This document shows, piece by piece, positions 51,041-63,015 of a stretch of 64,000 nt of DNA. Positions within the stretch are counted from its first letter, which is position 1; each line of letters starts with the position of its first letter. The DNA lies in assembly GCF_006345805.1 (NCBI RefSeq), contig NC_042998.1:197346001-197410000 (forward strand), written 5' to 3'. The translations under genes were made by a program, and so were the position numbers. The DNA comes from Octopus sinensis (lineage: Eukaryota). Under the pieces are notes generated by a model. That model was given only the letters and a program-made list of their open reading frames with translations. It ran no database searches and was not told the DNA's origin.

Positions 51041-51344
51041 TTAAAAGAGAAAAAAAATAGGACCTTTGTATTAAAAGTACAATCCACTGTGCCTCTACAC
51101 AGGTTCTGTCAACTCATTTTTACTCATAAAGCATGAGTTGTGTCCTCAGTACAGAAAATTACACTCCCCCAAGATACTATGGCAGCAGAATCAAAATTAG
51201 GACCACAAGACTGCAAAGAAAACTCCTAAACCCCATTTAGCTATACTCCACTTACATTTGAGTATAAGTGTATATGAAATATTCAGGAATTATTTTTATG
51301 CTACTTTGTTGACTTTGATAGTTTAATTGATTGCATAACTGAGC

Positions 51345-51397
<53 letters not shown>

Positions 51398-51574
51398 ATT
51401 AATCTCAGTTGGAATTTCCAGCCATGAGTGGTCAGTTGTTCAATCAGTCAATCCTATTTTCTACTAAATACTACTTAATATCTCGGATTTAAATCCTGGG
51501 GCACTTAAGCAACATTTAGCTACCTTGTAATTATTCCCCTGAACATTTCCTTTAAATTGTAAATTCTGTATATC

Positions 51575-51815
51575 ATCATCATCATCATCATCATCAACTC
51601 ATCATTTAGCGTCTGCTTTCCGTGCTGGCATGGGTTAAACAGTTTGAAATTGGGAAGCTGGAGAGCTGCATCAGGTTCCAATCTGATTTGGCATGTTTTC
51701 TATGACTGGATGCTCTTCAAAAAAGGCATCCCTTACAGACACCAGCATGGCTTTTGGCATGGCTTTTGGCATGGCTTTTGGCATGGCTTTTGTGACTGGG
51801 TAGGGTTCCTAATGC
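51575..51815 (-). mobile_element. Diverged family C copy with a 4x12-bp internal repeat (gcatggcttttg)
   Basis: Tail motif plus a tandem 12-mer at about 51746-51793. Confidence 0.65.
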
Positions 51816-51834
51816 TAACCACTTAACAAAATTA

Positions 51835-51997
51835 TATACATACATACATGTGTATATTTGTATGTGTGTGTGTGTGTGTGTGTGTATTTGTATGTCTGTC
51901 TGTGTTTGTTCCCCCACCATCGCTTGACAACTGATGTTGGTGTGTTTATGTCCCCATAACTTAGCAGTTTGGCACAAAAGAGACCGATAGAATATGG
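51835..51997 (+). mobile_element. SINE A 3'-half fragment
   Basis: (TG)n then ..gcttgacaactgatgttggtgtgtttatgtcccc..gatagaata. Confidence 0.7.
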
Positions 51998-51999
51998 AT

Positions 52000-52208
52000 A
52001 CTCTTTTACTCTTTTACTTGTTTCAGTCATTTGACTGTGGCCATGCTGGAGCACCGCCTTTAGTCAAGCAAATCGACCCCAGGACTTATTCTCTGTAAGC
52101 CTAGTACTTATTCTATCGGTCTCTTTTGCCGAACCACTAAGTTATGGAGACATAAACATACTAGCATCGTTTGTCAAGCGATGTTGGGGGGACAAACATA
52201 GACGCACA

Positions 52209-52262
<54 letters not shown>

Positions 52263-52415
52263 CGATGGGCTTCTTTCAGTTTCTGTCTACCAAATCCACT
52301 CACAAGGCTTTGGTTGGCCTGAGGCTATAGCAGAAGGCACTTGCCCAAGGTGCCACACAGTGGGATCGAACCCTGAATCGTGTGGTTGGTAAGCAAGCTA
52401 CTTACCACATAGCCA
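52000..52415 (-). mobile_element. SINE A, diverged
   Basis: Full-length, and abuts the opposite-strand fragment. Confidence 0.82.
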
Positions 52416-53032
52416 GACGATGAACTCTGATCAGTGCAGGGTTACATAATCAGATTGTTACTTAACACTCCATTGGATCTCTAGTGTGAAACCAATTGAT
52501 AAGATTGGCCATAATAGATATATAATACTGTACATTTCAGATAATATACCCACTCTATATATACAAGTTTACATTTTTTTCCTGACTTATGGACTCTTAG
52601 ACAACTTACACACACATACACACACAAAACAGATGGATTGTGGTTCACTCACTACAGTTGTTTCTGATGTGTTTTTTATTGGTGAATAGTTATTACATCA
52701 TGTGTAAAAAAGAAAAAAGCGTTTTATCAGGTGAATATATGAGCAAATTAAACATTTTAGAAAACATTCCAACAAATCCAAGTCTGTGCCATTTACTGGA
52801 TGAACAGGGATATTAGATCCAGGCAGATACTGTTCAAGAACTCTTGTATAATCCAGGATTTGGCTAACCATGTCTAACGATATGGAATAACTGTGAATTA
52901 TTTAAGATTAACAATCACATGGTATTTCATCCAATGAGTAGGTCCTGACTTCACTTTGTTGGATTATAAACAGTTTACAAAGTGTATATTCAAGACATTA
53001 AAATAAAGACAGAGAATTATTTATCTACACTG

Positions 53033-53034
<2 letters not shown>

Positions 53035-53079
<45 letters not shown>

Positions 53080-53404
53080 AGTCTTTTATATATCACTGTG
53101 ATCACCGTGACCAACCAGGCTATCAAATGTTGTTACACGTCGTTGGTCACAATGCGCTACGCATTGTTTTAGCCTTCAAATGATGCCACCCCGCTGGCTA
53201 AGCGAGCAGGCCAACAGAAGAAAGAGTGAGAGAAAGTTGTGGCGAAAGAGTACAGCAGGGATCGCCACCACCCCATGCCGGAGCCTCGTGGAACTTTAGG
53301 TGTTTTCTCTCAATAAACCCTCACAACGCCCGGTCTGGGAATTGAAACTACGATCCTATGACTGCAAGTCCACTGCCCTAACCACTGGGCCATTGTGCCT
53401 CCAC
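53035..53404 (-). mobile_element. SINE D, tail type 3 ending in (TAA)n
   Basis: Same head and core, unrelated 3' part. Confidence 0.82.
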
Positions 53405-53761
53405 CTTATATAATATATTCTCTTTAAACCTCCATTTGACATATGTTTCTACTGAATTGATATCTTGTTAAGTGGTGTCCATTTGTATTCTGTTGGTTTG
53501 GCTACATTAAGATTTCATTCTGGTTAAATCTATCCAGGCACCTTTATTCAAAGTGATGCCATTAGTAGAGTTTGAAGTAAACTGAACCATAATGGTTTTT
53601 ATAGTCTTATATTTTAGGTTGGGGACATCTGTTTTGAGCGCTAAGGGTAGCAGAAATAGTAGAAAGAAACTTGGTATAGCTATAAAATCCATTATCAATT
53701 TAATCCTAGAGTAACCCTAATGTTTAGAAGTAGTATCTAGAAGAGCTAAGTATTAAACTAA

Positions 53762-54023
53762 AAGAAAAATAATAAATGTGCCCTTTTAAAGCCTAGCCAA
53801 GCTCATGGCTCGGTTTCCCAGTTTCTATGGCGTATGTGTTCCCCAGCTGGACGGGACGCCAGTCCATCGCAGCGTTACTCATTTTTACCAGCTGAGTGGA
53901 CTGGAGCAATGTGAAATGAAGCGTTTTGCTCAAGAACACAACGCATCGCCCGGTCCAGGAATCGAAACCACAATCTTTCGATCATGGTGCTGACACCCTA
54001 ACCACTAAGCCACGCACCTCCAC
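53762..54023 (-). mobile_element. tRNA-derived SINE family J with a CORE-like middle
   Basis: Head gtggaggtgcgtggcttagtggttagggtg, core cttgagcaaaacgcttcatttcacattgctccagtccactcagctgg; 14-bp TSD aagtattaaactaa. Confidence 0.82.
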
Positions 54024-54294
54024 AAGTATTAAACTAAGTCACAGTATTGTTTTTGGTTACTAGCCTTAAGTGAAATAGTCAGATAATTTTTGCAAGAATG
54101 CATTTTGCTTAAGGCCAGTGAACAAAAAAATAATTTAACCTTGTTTAATACTTAGCTTTTCTGAATACTATTTTTAAACATTCTGGCCTAACCAACAGGA
54201 TGCAAATAGACATCACTTTGCAAGATGCCCATGCAGCAGAAACTGGTTGGCTGGAGGTTTAAAGAGAATCCACTGCATAAAAGATGGTAATAAT

Positions 54295-54696
54295 AGGCGC
54301 AGGAGTGGCTGTGTGGTAAGTAGCTTGTCTACCAACCACATGGTTCCGGGTTCAGTCCCACTGCGTGGCACCTTGGGCAAGTGTCTTCTACTATAGCCTT
54401 GGGCCGGCCAAAGCCTTGTGAGTGGATTTGGTAGACGGAAACTGAAAGAAGCCTGTCGTATATATGTATATATATATATATGCGTGTCTGTGTTTGTCCC
54501 CCTAGCATTGCTTGACGACCGATGCTGGTGTGTTTATGTCCCCGTTACTTAGCGGTTCGGCAAAAGAGTCCGATAGAATAAGTACTGGGCTTACAAAAGA
54601 GTAAGTCCCGGGTTCGAGTTGCTTGATTAAAGGCGGTGCTCCAGCATGGCCGCAGTCAAATGACTGAAACAAGTAAAAAGAGTAAAAAAAGAGAGA
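54295..54696 (+). mobile_element. SINE A
   Basis: Full-length match to the family. Confidence 0.9.
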
Positions 54697-54789
54697 GAAT
54701 AAAACAATGTGCACCTGTATAAGTCGCTATCTTTATTTTAATGTCTTGTATATATATATATATTTGTGTGTGTGTGTGTGTGTATAAGG

Positions 54790-54960
54790 GGTGGTGGAGT
54801 GCATAGCTTAGGGATTAGGGTGTTGTACATTGCTCTAGTCCACCCAGCTGGCAAAAATGAGTAATCCTATGATAGACTGATGGTCTGTCCAGTTGAGGAA
54901 TATATACACCATAACATCCGGGAAACCAGCCTTATGGGTCTGTGACTCAGGAAAGATCTG
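54790..54960 (+). mobile_element. Diverged, deleted SINE J
   Basis: gtggagtgcatagcttag.. plus cattgctctagtccacccagctgg. Confidence 0.55.
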
Positions 54961-55007
54961 TGATCCATTTTTTTATATAAGGAGAGAAATGCATATATAT
55001 TGTGCTA

Positions 55008-55235
55008 AACATTTAAAAACACAAAACGAACGCCATCACCACTCACTGTCTCTTTCACTCTCTCTCTCTTTCCCACTTACTTCCTCTCTCTCTCTCTCTC
55101 TCTCTCACTCTCTTTCTTTCTCTCTCACGCCCTCTCTGAAACATTTAAAAACACAAAACGAATGCTATCATCACTCACTTTCTCTCTCACTCTCTCACTC
55201 TCTTTCTTTCTCTCTGTCCGTCTCTCTCTCATTTC
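55008..55235 (+). repeat. Tandem duplication (period ~131 bp) with (CT)n
   Basis: aaacatttaaaaacacaaaacgaa.gc.atca.cactcact occurs at about 55008 and 55139. Confidence 0.8.
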
Positions 55236-55311
55236 GTCACTTCTTTGAAATAAGTGTGACACACACAACTGGTATGAACAAAAACAAAAAGTTAGTGTAT
55301 TAGTATTATTG

Positions 55312-55616
55312 ATGAGATGTATTCCAGAAGTTTTCAGACTTCTTTTAGGAGAGGCTTTTATAATTGTCCCAGACTATTGCAATTTTAGTATATCATTTCT
55401 GTATATCTAATAAGCAAACCTACCAACTAAAGGAGGTCGTGACAAGGGTCTTGGACACCTTCATTTTGCAGGATCCATGATGCCTTCATGAAGTGGCTAG
55501 AGCATTACAACGAGTACATTGAAGTCAGAGGGTCTGAGTTTGATGGATACTGGAGTTTTGCACTTCTTAGAAATTAGTAAACGTCTCTCCTGGAAACTTC
55601 TGAAACACACTGTGCA
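55312..55616 (+). mobile_element. Internally deleted mariner-like element
   Basis: Degenerate TIRs (gagatgtattccagaagtttt / ggaaacttctgaaacacac). Internal KWLEHYNEYIEVRGSEFDG resembles a mariner C-terminus (KCIEVRGxYFE). Confidence 0.55.
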
Positions 55617-55668
55617 TTTATATGTATTTCCCTGCATTAGCAATAAACTTTTAACTTTTATCACAAGA

Positions 55669-56108
55669 CTAGCAGCATAGCCCGGCGTTGCCCGGGTATG
55701 TAAGAGCCCCTAGTAGGCAACGACTAATCCCAATCTAGTCCTTTCCCTCTAGGGAACGAAGGCGCATGTATAGATTGCAATGTCTTCTCTTCACTCGAAT
55801 ACTTCTGTGTATACGATGTTCCTAGCTGTCCCTTTGGGCGATAAAATGGTCGAGTTGTGTCCCCTAGAGAGAAAATGTGTTGCATATAAAAAGCTTAGAT
55901 TCTCGAGCCAATGTCGAATTTATCGATTATTTTCAGAACTGGGGGAACTTTTCAAAATTTTCACTGCGTTAGTTTTGAATTATGACATTGGGCTATGTGT
56001 GTGTCAAGTTTCATCAGAATCGGTTGAAAGCCGTGGTCAGGGTGAGGGTACAACCTGACAGACACACAGACACACAGACAGACAAACTGCTCTTAATATA
56101 TAGAGAGA
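55669..56108 (-). mobile_element. Non-autonomous Helitron (another subfamily)
   Basis: CCCGGGCAACGCCGGG hairpin then CTAG|T; 5' TCTCTCTATATATTAAG. Confidence 0.75.
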
Positions 56109-56599
56109 TGCATGGGTTTAATTATCACATCACTAAATTGATGTGATAATTACAACTCATGTATTTGATGTTGAGGGCAGTTTTACATCCTAATGTATAA
56201 TGTTCTATTTCTGTGGAAATTATAAAATTCCAGTTATTCTTCTCATGACTACTTAATTAATAAATAACCACTTAACTATCTTAATTAAGTAATTAGCAAA
56301 GATATAAATTGTTAGATACTCCAAATTAAAACACTGATAAAATGATATATACTTTAGGATTTTTCCTTTGTAATATTATATTCTATCAAGGTTGGCAGAT
56401 GGCAGAATTGGTAAATTGTCAGACAAAATGGATTGCAGTAATTAATTATGCCTTATTAGGTTCTGAGTTGTAGTTTTGCTAGAGTCAACTTTGCCTTTCC
56501 TCATTTTATGGTTGTTATAATACTGAGTTGATAAAATATATACTGGTTAAGAACATATGTACTGATCAATATAATATGTACTGAGTTGATAAAATTCAT

Positions 56600-57297
56600 A
56601 GTGGCCAGTAAAATATGTACTGGGTTTATAGATATATCGTGGCCTAAGCCAGGAGCATAACCAGTCCACTTATGCATACCTTTTCCTTCTTTGGTCACTA
56701 AACTCTGCTTGTGAAGACCTGTTGAGGCAAGTGAAATCAAAATCAAATAAAAATCAAATTTGATGACTGGCATCCGTGCTAGCGAGGTGCAAAGAGCGCC
56801 ATACGAGTGTGATCGTTGACAGAGTGGCTAACTGGCTTCCGTGCCAGTTGCACATAAAAGGCACTATTCGAGTGTGATTGTTACCAGCATCACCTAACTG
56901 GCACTTGTGCCCATGCTAGTAGGGTGCCAAGAGCACCATCTGAGCGTGATCATTGCCAGAGCAGCCAGCTGGCTTCCGTACTGGTGGCACATAAAAGGGT
57001 GCCATTTGAGCGTGATTGTTACCAATGTTGCCTTACTGGCACCTGTGCCGGTGGCATGTGTAAAAAAGATTTGAGCAAGGTCATTGCCAGTACCGCCTGA
57101 CTGGCCCCATGCCGGTGGCATGTAAAAAGCACCCACTACACTCTCGGAGTGGTTGGCGTTAGGAAGGGCATCCAGCTGTAGAAACTCTGCCAGATCAAGA
57201 TTGGAGCCTGGTGCAGCCATCTGGTTTGCCAGCCCTCAGTCAAAATCATCCAACCCATGCTAGCATGGAAAGCGGACGTTAAACGATGATGATGATG
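56600..57297 (+). mobile_element. Long family C copy
   Basis: Upstream block, about five modules and the full tail. Confidence 0.85.
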
Positions 57298-57536
57298 GTT
57301 TGATAAAACATGTAAGAGTTTGCTAAAGTATGTATTGGGGTTGATAAGAATCACGAGGGGAATTAAATAATTACTGGTGTTGATATGATCAAGCCTTCAT
57401 CAAAATTTGTTTACTTATGTGACTGAGAAGAGCTTTGGCAGCTGAATTAGTCAAACAAATGCATTGGGATTTAGTTTCACTGTTCTGAGGTTAACAAAAT
57501 ATGTACCAATCAAGCACTGAAGGATTCATAAACTCT

Positions 57537-57580
57537 ACTGTGGTGCACCTAAGCAATGTATACAATAATTTCATTCTTCT
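57537..57580 (+). mobile_element. CR1-family 3' tip fragment
   Basis: tgtggtgcacctaagcaatgtatacaataatttcatt matches the family terminus. Confidence 0.6.
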
Positions 57581-57678
57581 TCTTCTTCTCATTATCATTA
57601 TCAATATTATTTTTTTTTCTTTTTTTTTTTTCTAGTTTCAGCTCAGAGCTGTGGCCATGCTGATGCACCGCCGTTTTT

Positions 57679-57685
57679 AAAAAAA
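57679..57685 (-). terminator. Pol III terminator (T7) of tRNA-Leu
   Basis: Run of 7 T on the minus strand just past the tRNA discriminator base. Confidence 0.75.
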
Positions 57686-57690
57686 TTATC

Positions 57691-57805
57691 TGTCAGAAGT
57701 GGGATTCGAACCCACGCCCACATTCGTGGACCAGAATACTCGACGTTCTGGTGAAGATAACATGTACCTTGAATCTGGCGCCTTAGACCACTCGGCCATC
57801 CTGAC
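57691..57805 (-). tRNA. tRNA-Leu-CAA: tRNA-Leu(CAA) with a 31-nt intron (57737-57767)
   Basis: Minus strand reads GTCAGGATGGCCGAGTGGTCTAAGGCGCCAGATTCAAG-[intron]-TTCTGGTCCACGAATGTGGGCGTGGGTTCGAATCCCACTTCTGACA. Acceptor, D, anticodon, long variable and T arms are intact, the intron follows position 37, and a T7 terminator lies about 6 nt downstream. Confidence 0.95.
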
Positions 57806-57808
57806 AGC

Positions 57809-57853
<45 letters not shown>

Positions 57854-57891
57854 CATTATTATTATTATCATTATTATCATTATTATTATTA

Positions 57892-57941
<50 letters not shown>

Positions 57942-58230
57942 GTTATTATTGTTATTATTATTATTATTATTGAGTGAGAGAGCGGTTCATGCCATCAAAG
58001 TGACACTGGGGTAAAATATATGAAGCCCAGTATACCCATCATGACTACCCATCTGATAAGGGTACACCAGGCACATGCATCGCAACCATATGTACGTGAC
58101 ATGGTGATCTCATATCAAGATAAATAGCACATGACCTTGCAGGTGGGGGCCCAGTTAGAATTTTCTTCAGGTCGAGTAGCCCATCCCGCTCAAAAGGTCC
58201 CTGAATAAGGGTTGTTTAAGGATGTTGAAA
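57809..58230 (-). mobile_element. Non-LTR retroposon 3' end (family K) with a ~160-bp (AAT)n tail
   Basis: Higher-complexity 260-bp body ends directly in a long trinucleotide tail; single copy here, clade not identified. Confidence 0.5.
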
Positions 58231-58251
58231 TGATGAAACGATGAAACGATG

Positions 58252-58340
58252 AAAGGCAAAGTTGACCTCGGCGGAATTTGAACTCAGAACATAGCGGCAG
58301 ATGAAATACCGCTAACATTTCTGCCAGCTCTCTGCCTTAA
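58252..58340 (-). mobile_element. SINE B 5' fragment
   Basis: Head plus the start of the core. Confidence 0.7.
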
Positions 58341-58445
58341 CCTGATACCATGTGGTTGAACCTGATACCATGTGGTTGGGAAGCAAACTTCTTAACCACA
58401 CAGTAATGCCTATGCCCATGTATTATATGTCTTATATATGGCCAT

Positions 58446-58811
58446 GGAGGCGCAATGGCCCAGTGGTTAGGGCAGTGGACTCGCGGTCATAGGATCACGG
58501 TTTCGATTCCCAGACCGGGCGTTGTGAGTGTTTATTGAGCGAAAACACCCAAAGCTCCACGAGGCTCCGGCAGGGGATCCCTGCTGTACTCTTTCACCAC
58601 AACTTTCTCTCACTCTTACTTCCTGTTTCTGTTGTACCTGTATTTCAAAGGGCCGGCCTTGTCACTGTCTGTGTCACGCTGAATATCCCTGAGAACTACG
58701 TTAAGGGTACACGTGTCTGTGGAGTGCTCAGCCACTTACACGTTAATTTCACGAGCAGGCTGTTCCGTTGATTTGGATCAACCGGAACCCTCATCGTTGT
58801 AACTTCCATCC
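58446..58811 (+). mobile_element. SINE D, tail type 1
   Basis: Nearly identical to 10310-10696; 12-bp TSD atatatggccat (58434-58445 / 58812-58823). Confidence 0.9.
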
Positions 58812-59312
58812 ATATATGGCCATCCATGGGCAATGCATGGCAGCTTTACTATAAAATATTTCAGAAGAGTAACTGAAGGAGAGCCAAAAGAAATTTCAAA
58901 CATGCTCCAGCTATGCCAAAATAAGTACAAAAGGATTCTAACGGAGCTTGTTTACATCTTCAGTTCCTCCTATTAGATTCGTTTTGACTTTTATTTTCCT
59001 TTGTTGTTTCCATCTCTCACTGTTTATCTAGATTCTTCTAAAAAGCCATGGGATTTGAAGAGGATTTGGTATTTGACCAATTGTAATGTTTAGTTAGAAA
59101 AGTAAAGGAAAACAAAAAACAAACAGAAAACATAAATTTAGGTCAGTTGTAATTGTCATCGCATTTGTTATTATTGTTGTCATTGTCACTGGCAGAGGTG
59201 GGGGTGGTGATAGCAGCAGCAGCAGCAGCAGTGAAAGCAGCATCAACATTGGTAGCAGCGGCAACTATGTTGACAGCATGGTAGCAGTATGAGCATGGTT
59301 GATGACACCATA

Positions 59313-59735
59313 TAAGGCGGCGAGCTGGCAGAAACGTTAGCACGCCAGGCAAAGTGCGTAGTCGTATTTCATCCATCTTTATGTTCTGAGTTCAAATTCC
59401 ACCAAGGTCGACTTTGTCTTTCATCCTTTCGGGGTCGATAAAATTAAGTACCAGTTACGCACTCGGGTCGATGTAATCGACATAATACCTATGTCTGTCC
59501 TTGTTTGTCCCCTCTGTGTGTAGCCCCTGGTGGGTAGTAAAGGAATAGGTATTTCATCTGCAGCTATGTTCAGAGTTCAAATTCCGCCGACATCGACTTT
59601 GCCTTTCATCCTTTCGGGGTCGATAATTTAAGTACCAGTTACACACTGGGGTCGATGTAATCGACTTACTTCATTTGTCCGTCCTTGTTTGTCCCCTCTG
59701 TGTTTAGCCCCTTGTGGGTAATAAAGAAATAGGTT
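59313..59735 (+). mobile_element. SINE B dimer
   Basis: Same junction near 59548. Confidence 0.85.
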
Positions 59736-59899
59736 GATGATGCCATTGACATTATCATTGTCTTTTAGTTACCACTTTATCAAGCAAATCTACATTGGAT
59801 GGATCCGAAGATCTTGCTTCATTGCTTCTTTTTATATCTTGCTCACTCTTCCTTGGCCATTATTTGGTAAACTTTCAGTGTCAATATGGCAGCAAGTTA

Positions 59900-60105
59900 T
59901 AAAAACCATTAGCACGCTGGTCAAAATGTTCAGTGGCATTTCACCCATCTTTATGTTCTGAGTTCAAATTCCATCGAGGTTGACTTTGCCTTTCATTGTT
60001 TTGGAGTTGATAAAATAATTACTGGTCGAGCATTGAGGCCAACCTAATCAGCTTATCCCCTCACTGAAATTTCTGACCTTGTACCAAAATTTGAAACCAA
60101 TATGT
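59900..60105 (+). mobile_element. Old SINE B-related copy
   Basis: Diverged head and core; similar relics near 2930-3050, 3110-3310, 6820-6940, 43440-43620 and 56390-56500. Confidence 0.55.
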
Positions 60106-60114
60106 AATATATCC

Positions 60115-60345
60115 TCCCGTGGCCGTTTGCCAGCACCGTCTGGCACCTGTGCAGGTGGCACGTAAAAGCACCCACTACACTCACGGAGTGGTTGGTGTTA
60201 GGAAGGGCATCCAGCCGTAGAAACACTGCCAGATCAGACTGGGCCTGATGCAGCCTTCTGGCTTCACAGACCCCAGTTGAACCGTCCAACCCATGATAGC
60301 ATGGAAAGCGGACGCTAAATGATGATGATGATGATGATGATGATG
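60115..60345 (+). mobile_element. Family C copy (short)
   Basis: Family tail plus one module. Confidence 0.85.
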
Positions 60346-61034
60346 ACAACAACAAATACACTCCCGAACACATTATCCATTTACACCATTGCTCTCATAT
60401 CTGCCCTCCAATGCCAAACTGTTCTCTCAGCTCACTTATACAGGCCGTATAAGATTGATATTTTTCATGGTAAGTATTTAACACGAGTTCTAATGAATAA
60501 AAAAAATTTTGATAGATATTTCTGGTCTCTTAGATACATAGCATCACATTTTATCAAGTGCCCAATGTCTGTTGAAGAGGATCAGGAAGTACATCATTAA
60601 GTAAGATGTTTAAATATAGGACACTTCCTAGCATAACGAGTTTAAAGTATTTTAGTACATATAATTTAGACAAGAGAGTATATAATTTAGAACTATATGT
60701 TTCAGTAAACTTCATTCAAATTGTAATTATTGCAATTGAATAATTATTCTATTTATGATGGTTCCTGAGAATGGATACAAGACTAGAAATATGTAGTCGA
60801 GGTACAGATGATAGATCTCTCCTAGAGATCAGTTTAACACTGTTTAGTGATTAGATCCTTTAGTGATGTCCATTCAGTTGCTACAAGAATTCAGGCCAAC
60901 CCCCACATCCTAGTTCATTCACACCCACATACATTTCCTTCAGACATCGACACTCATCAGTCTTACATATCTGGGATGACCAGCTGAGGTCACGAGTATA
61001 GAAGAAGCTCATTCTTTGATGAATTTATTCACAG

Positions 61035-61131
61035 ATACATACATGCATACATACATACATACATACATACATACATACGTTCATACATACATACATACAT
61101 ACATACAAACATACATTCATACATACATACC

Positions 61132-61163
<32 letters not shown>

Positions 61164-61195
61164 CACATACATACATACATATACACATACATACA

Positions 61196-61229
<34 letters not shown>

Positions 61230-61311
61230 CATACATATATACATACATACATACATACATACATACATACATACATACAAACATACAAACATACATACAT
61301 ATATACATACA

Positions 61312-61373
<62 letters not shown>

Positions 61374-61628
61374 CATACATATATACATACATATATACAT
61401 ACATACATACATACAAACATACAAACATACATACATACATACAAACATACAAACATACATACATACATACATACATACATACATACATACATACATACAT
61501 ACAAACATACATACATACATACATATATACATACATATATACATACATACATACATACAAACATACAAACATACATACATACATACATACATACATACAT
61601 ACATACATACATACAAACATACATACAA

Positions 61629-61662
<34 letters not shown>
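61035..61662 (+). repeat. (TACA)n microsatellite, about 630 bp
   Basis: Direct reading; interruptions (tata, aaca) recur in blocks. Confidence 0.95.
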
Positions 61663-61663
<1 letters not shown>

Positions 61664-62802
61664 TGGTGGAAGCCAACATGTGACTGAGTAAGATCACTTT
61701 CTAAACTCAGTAAGTCTGCTGGTTTTCCATAAACAACCTTGCCCAGACTTGTGCCTTGGAGGGGAACTTTCTAGGTGCAATCCCATGGTCATTCACGACT
61801 GAAGGGGGTCTTTACTCTTTACACACACACACACGCACACACACACACGCACACACACACACACACGCACACACACATATATACAGGGCTAATGCAGATT
61901 CGCACCTCTCCTTGAAAAATGCTTTTTTTGAAAAACATTTTTTCAGATTTCTATGTTTTAGATATCAGAGATTACAAATAGGAAAATTTCTGATTTTGCT
62001 TACTTTAAAGAGATTGTAGCGAACTGACAAACATATGCAAATTGAAATTAAATACAGACAAAAACATTAAAGGGAAAAGAATTTGCATTTTACTTGTGTT
62101 TGCCTTAAATAATTGTAAATAATAATTTAATGTAAATTAAATATACAAGAGTCAAGACTATTGAAAAGGTTGCAAGATGTAACGAAAATTTTAGGAAAAT
62201 AAAAATAAGAAATAAATGGAAATTTTACCAGTGAGTGTGTTAAATTATAAGGCACTAAAAGAGAATGACTCTCTCCAGATACAATTAAATATACACCATT
62301 TTATGAGAAATGAGCATTAATGTTTAATAATTAATGTTATAAAGTTTAATAAGGGGCTCATATTTCACCCCTCCTCCTCCAATTTTAAATTTTGAACTTT
62401 TTCATCCAATTATCTATTTATCCGTGTTCATTTATTCATAAAATATATTTGTCAGCTAAATGTGGCATTCCTATAGAAGATGGTGTTACTGTTATCTCTT
62501 TATGCACACATATCTATATGCTAACTGAATTTTAAAATTTTGAAAACGTGGTTTCTTGTATATTTGGAATCTCCACCATCTAAAAGATAGGAAAAAAATT
62601 TTTTGAAAAAGTTCAAAATTTTAAGTGGGTGGGGAGTGGTGGTGGTGGGGGAGTTGGGGTTAAATTTCTTTTTTTGCATATTCGTAATCTCCAACATCTC
62701 AAACGTAGGAATATGAAAAATTTTTTCAAACAAATACATTTTTCAAGGAGAGGTGTGAAACTGCATTAGTCCCATATACACATATATATGTATTTACATG
62801 TA

Positions 62803-62864
<62 letters not shown>

Positions 62865-62975
62865 CCTACCTACCTACCTACCTACCTACCTACCTACCAA
62901 CCTACCTTTCTCTCACACTGACACCTATCTTTCTATCTATCTACCTATCTATCTATCTGTCTGTCTGTCTGTCTA

Positions 62976-63015
<40 letters not shown>
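62803..63015 (+). repeat. (ATCT)n/(ACCT)n/(GTCT)n compound microsatellite abutting the RTE tail
   Basis: Direct reading. Confidence 0.93.

Noticed and set aside
60762-60800. cctgagaat..gaaatatgtag, a second Penelope or hammerhead-like trace
   Set aside because: Core and stems too degenerate to support.
61016-61697. 180-220-aa ORFs (HTYI/MYVC repeats); likewise 5400-5892, 15493-16047, 47998-48520, 57699-57977 and 62788-63147
   Set aside because: Translations of stop-free microsatellites.
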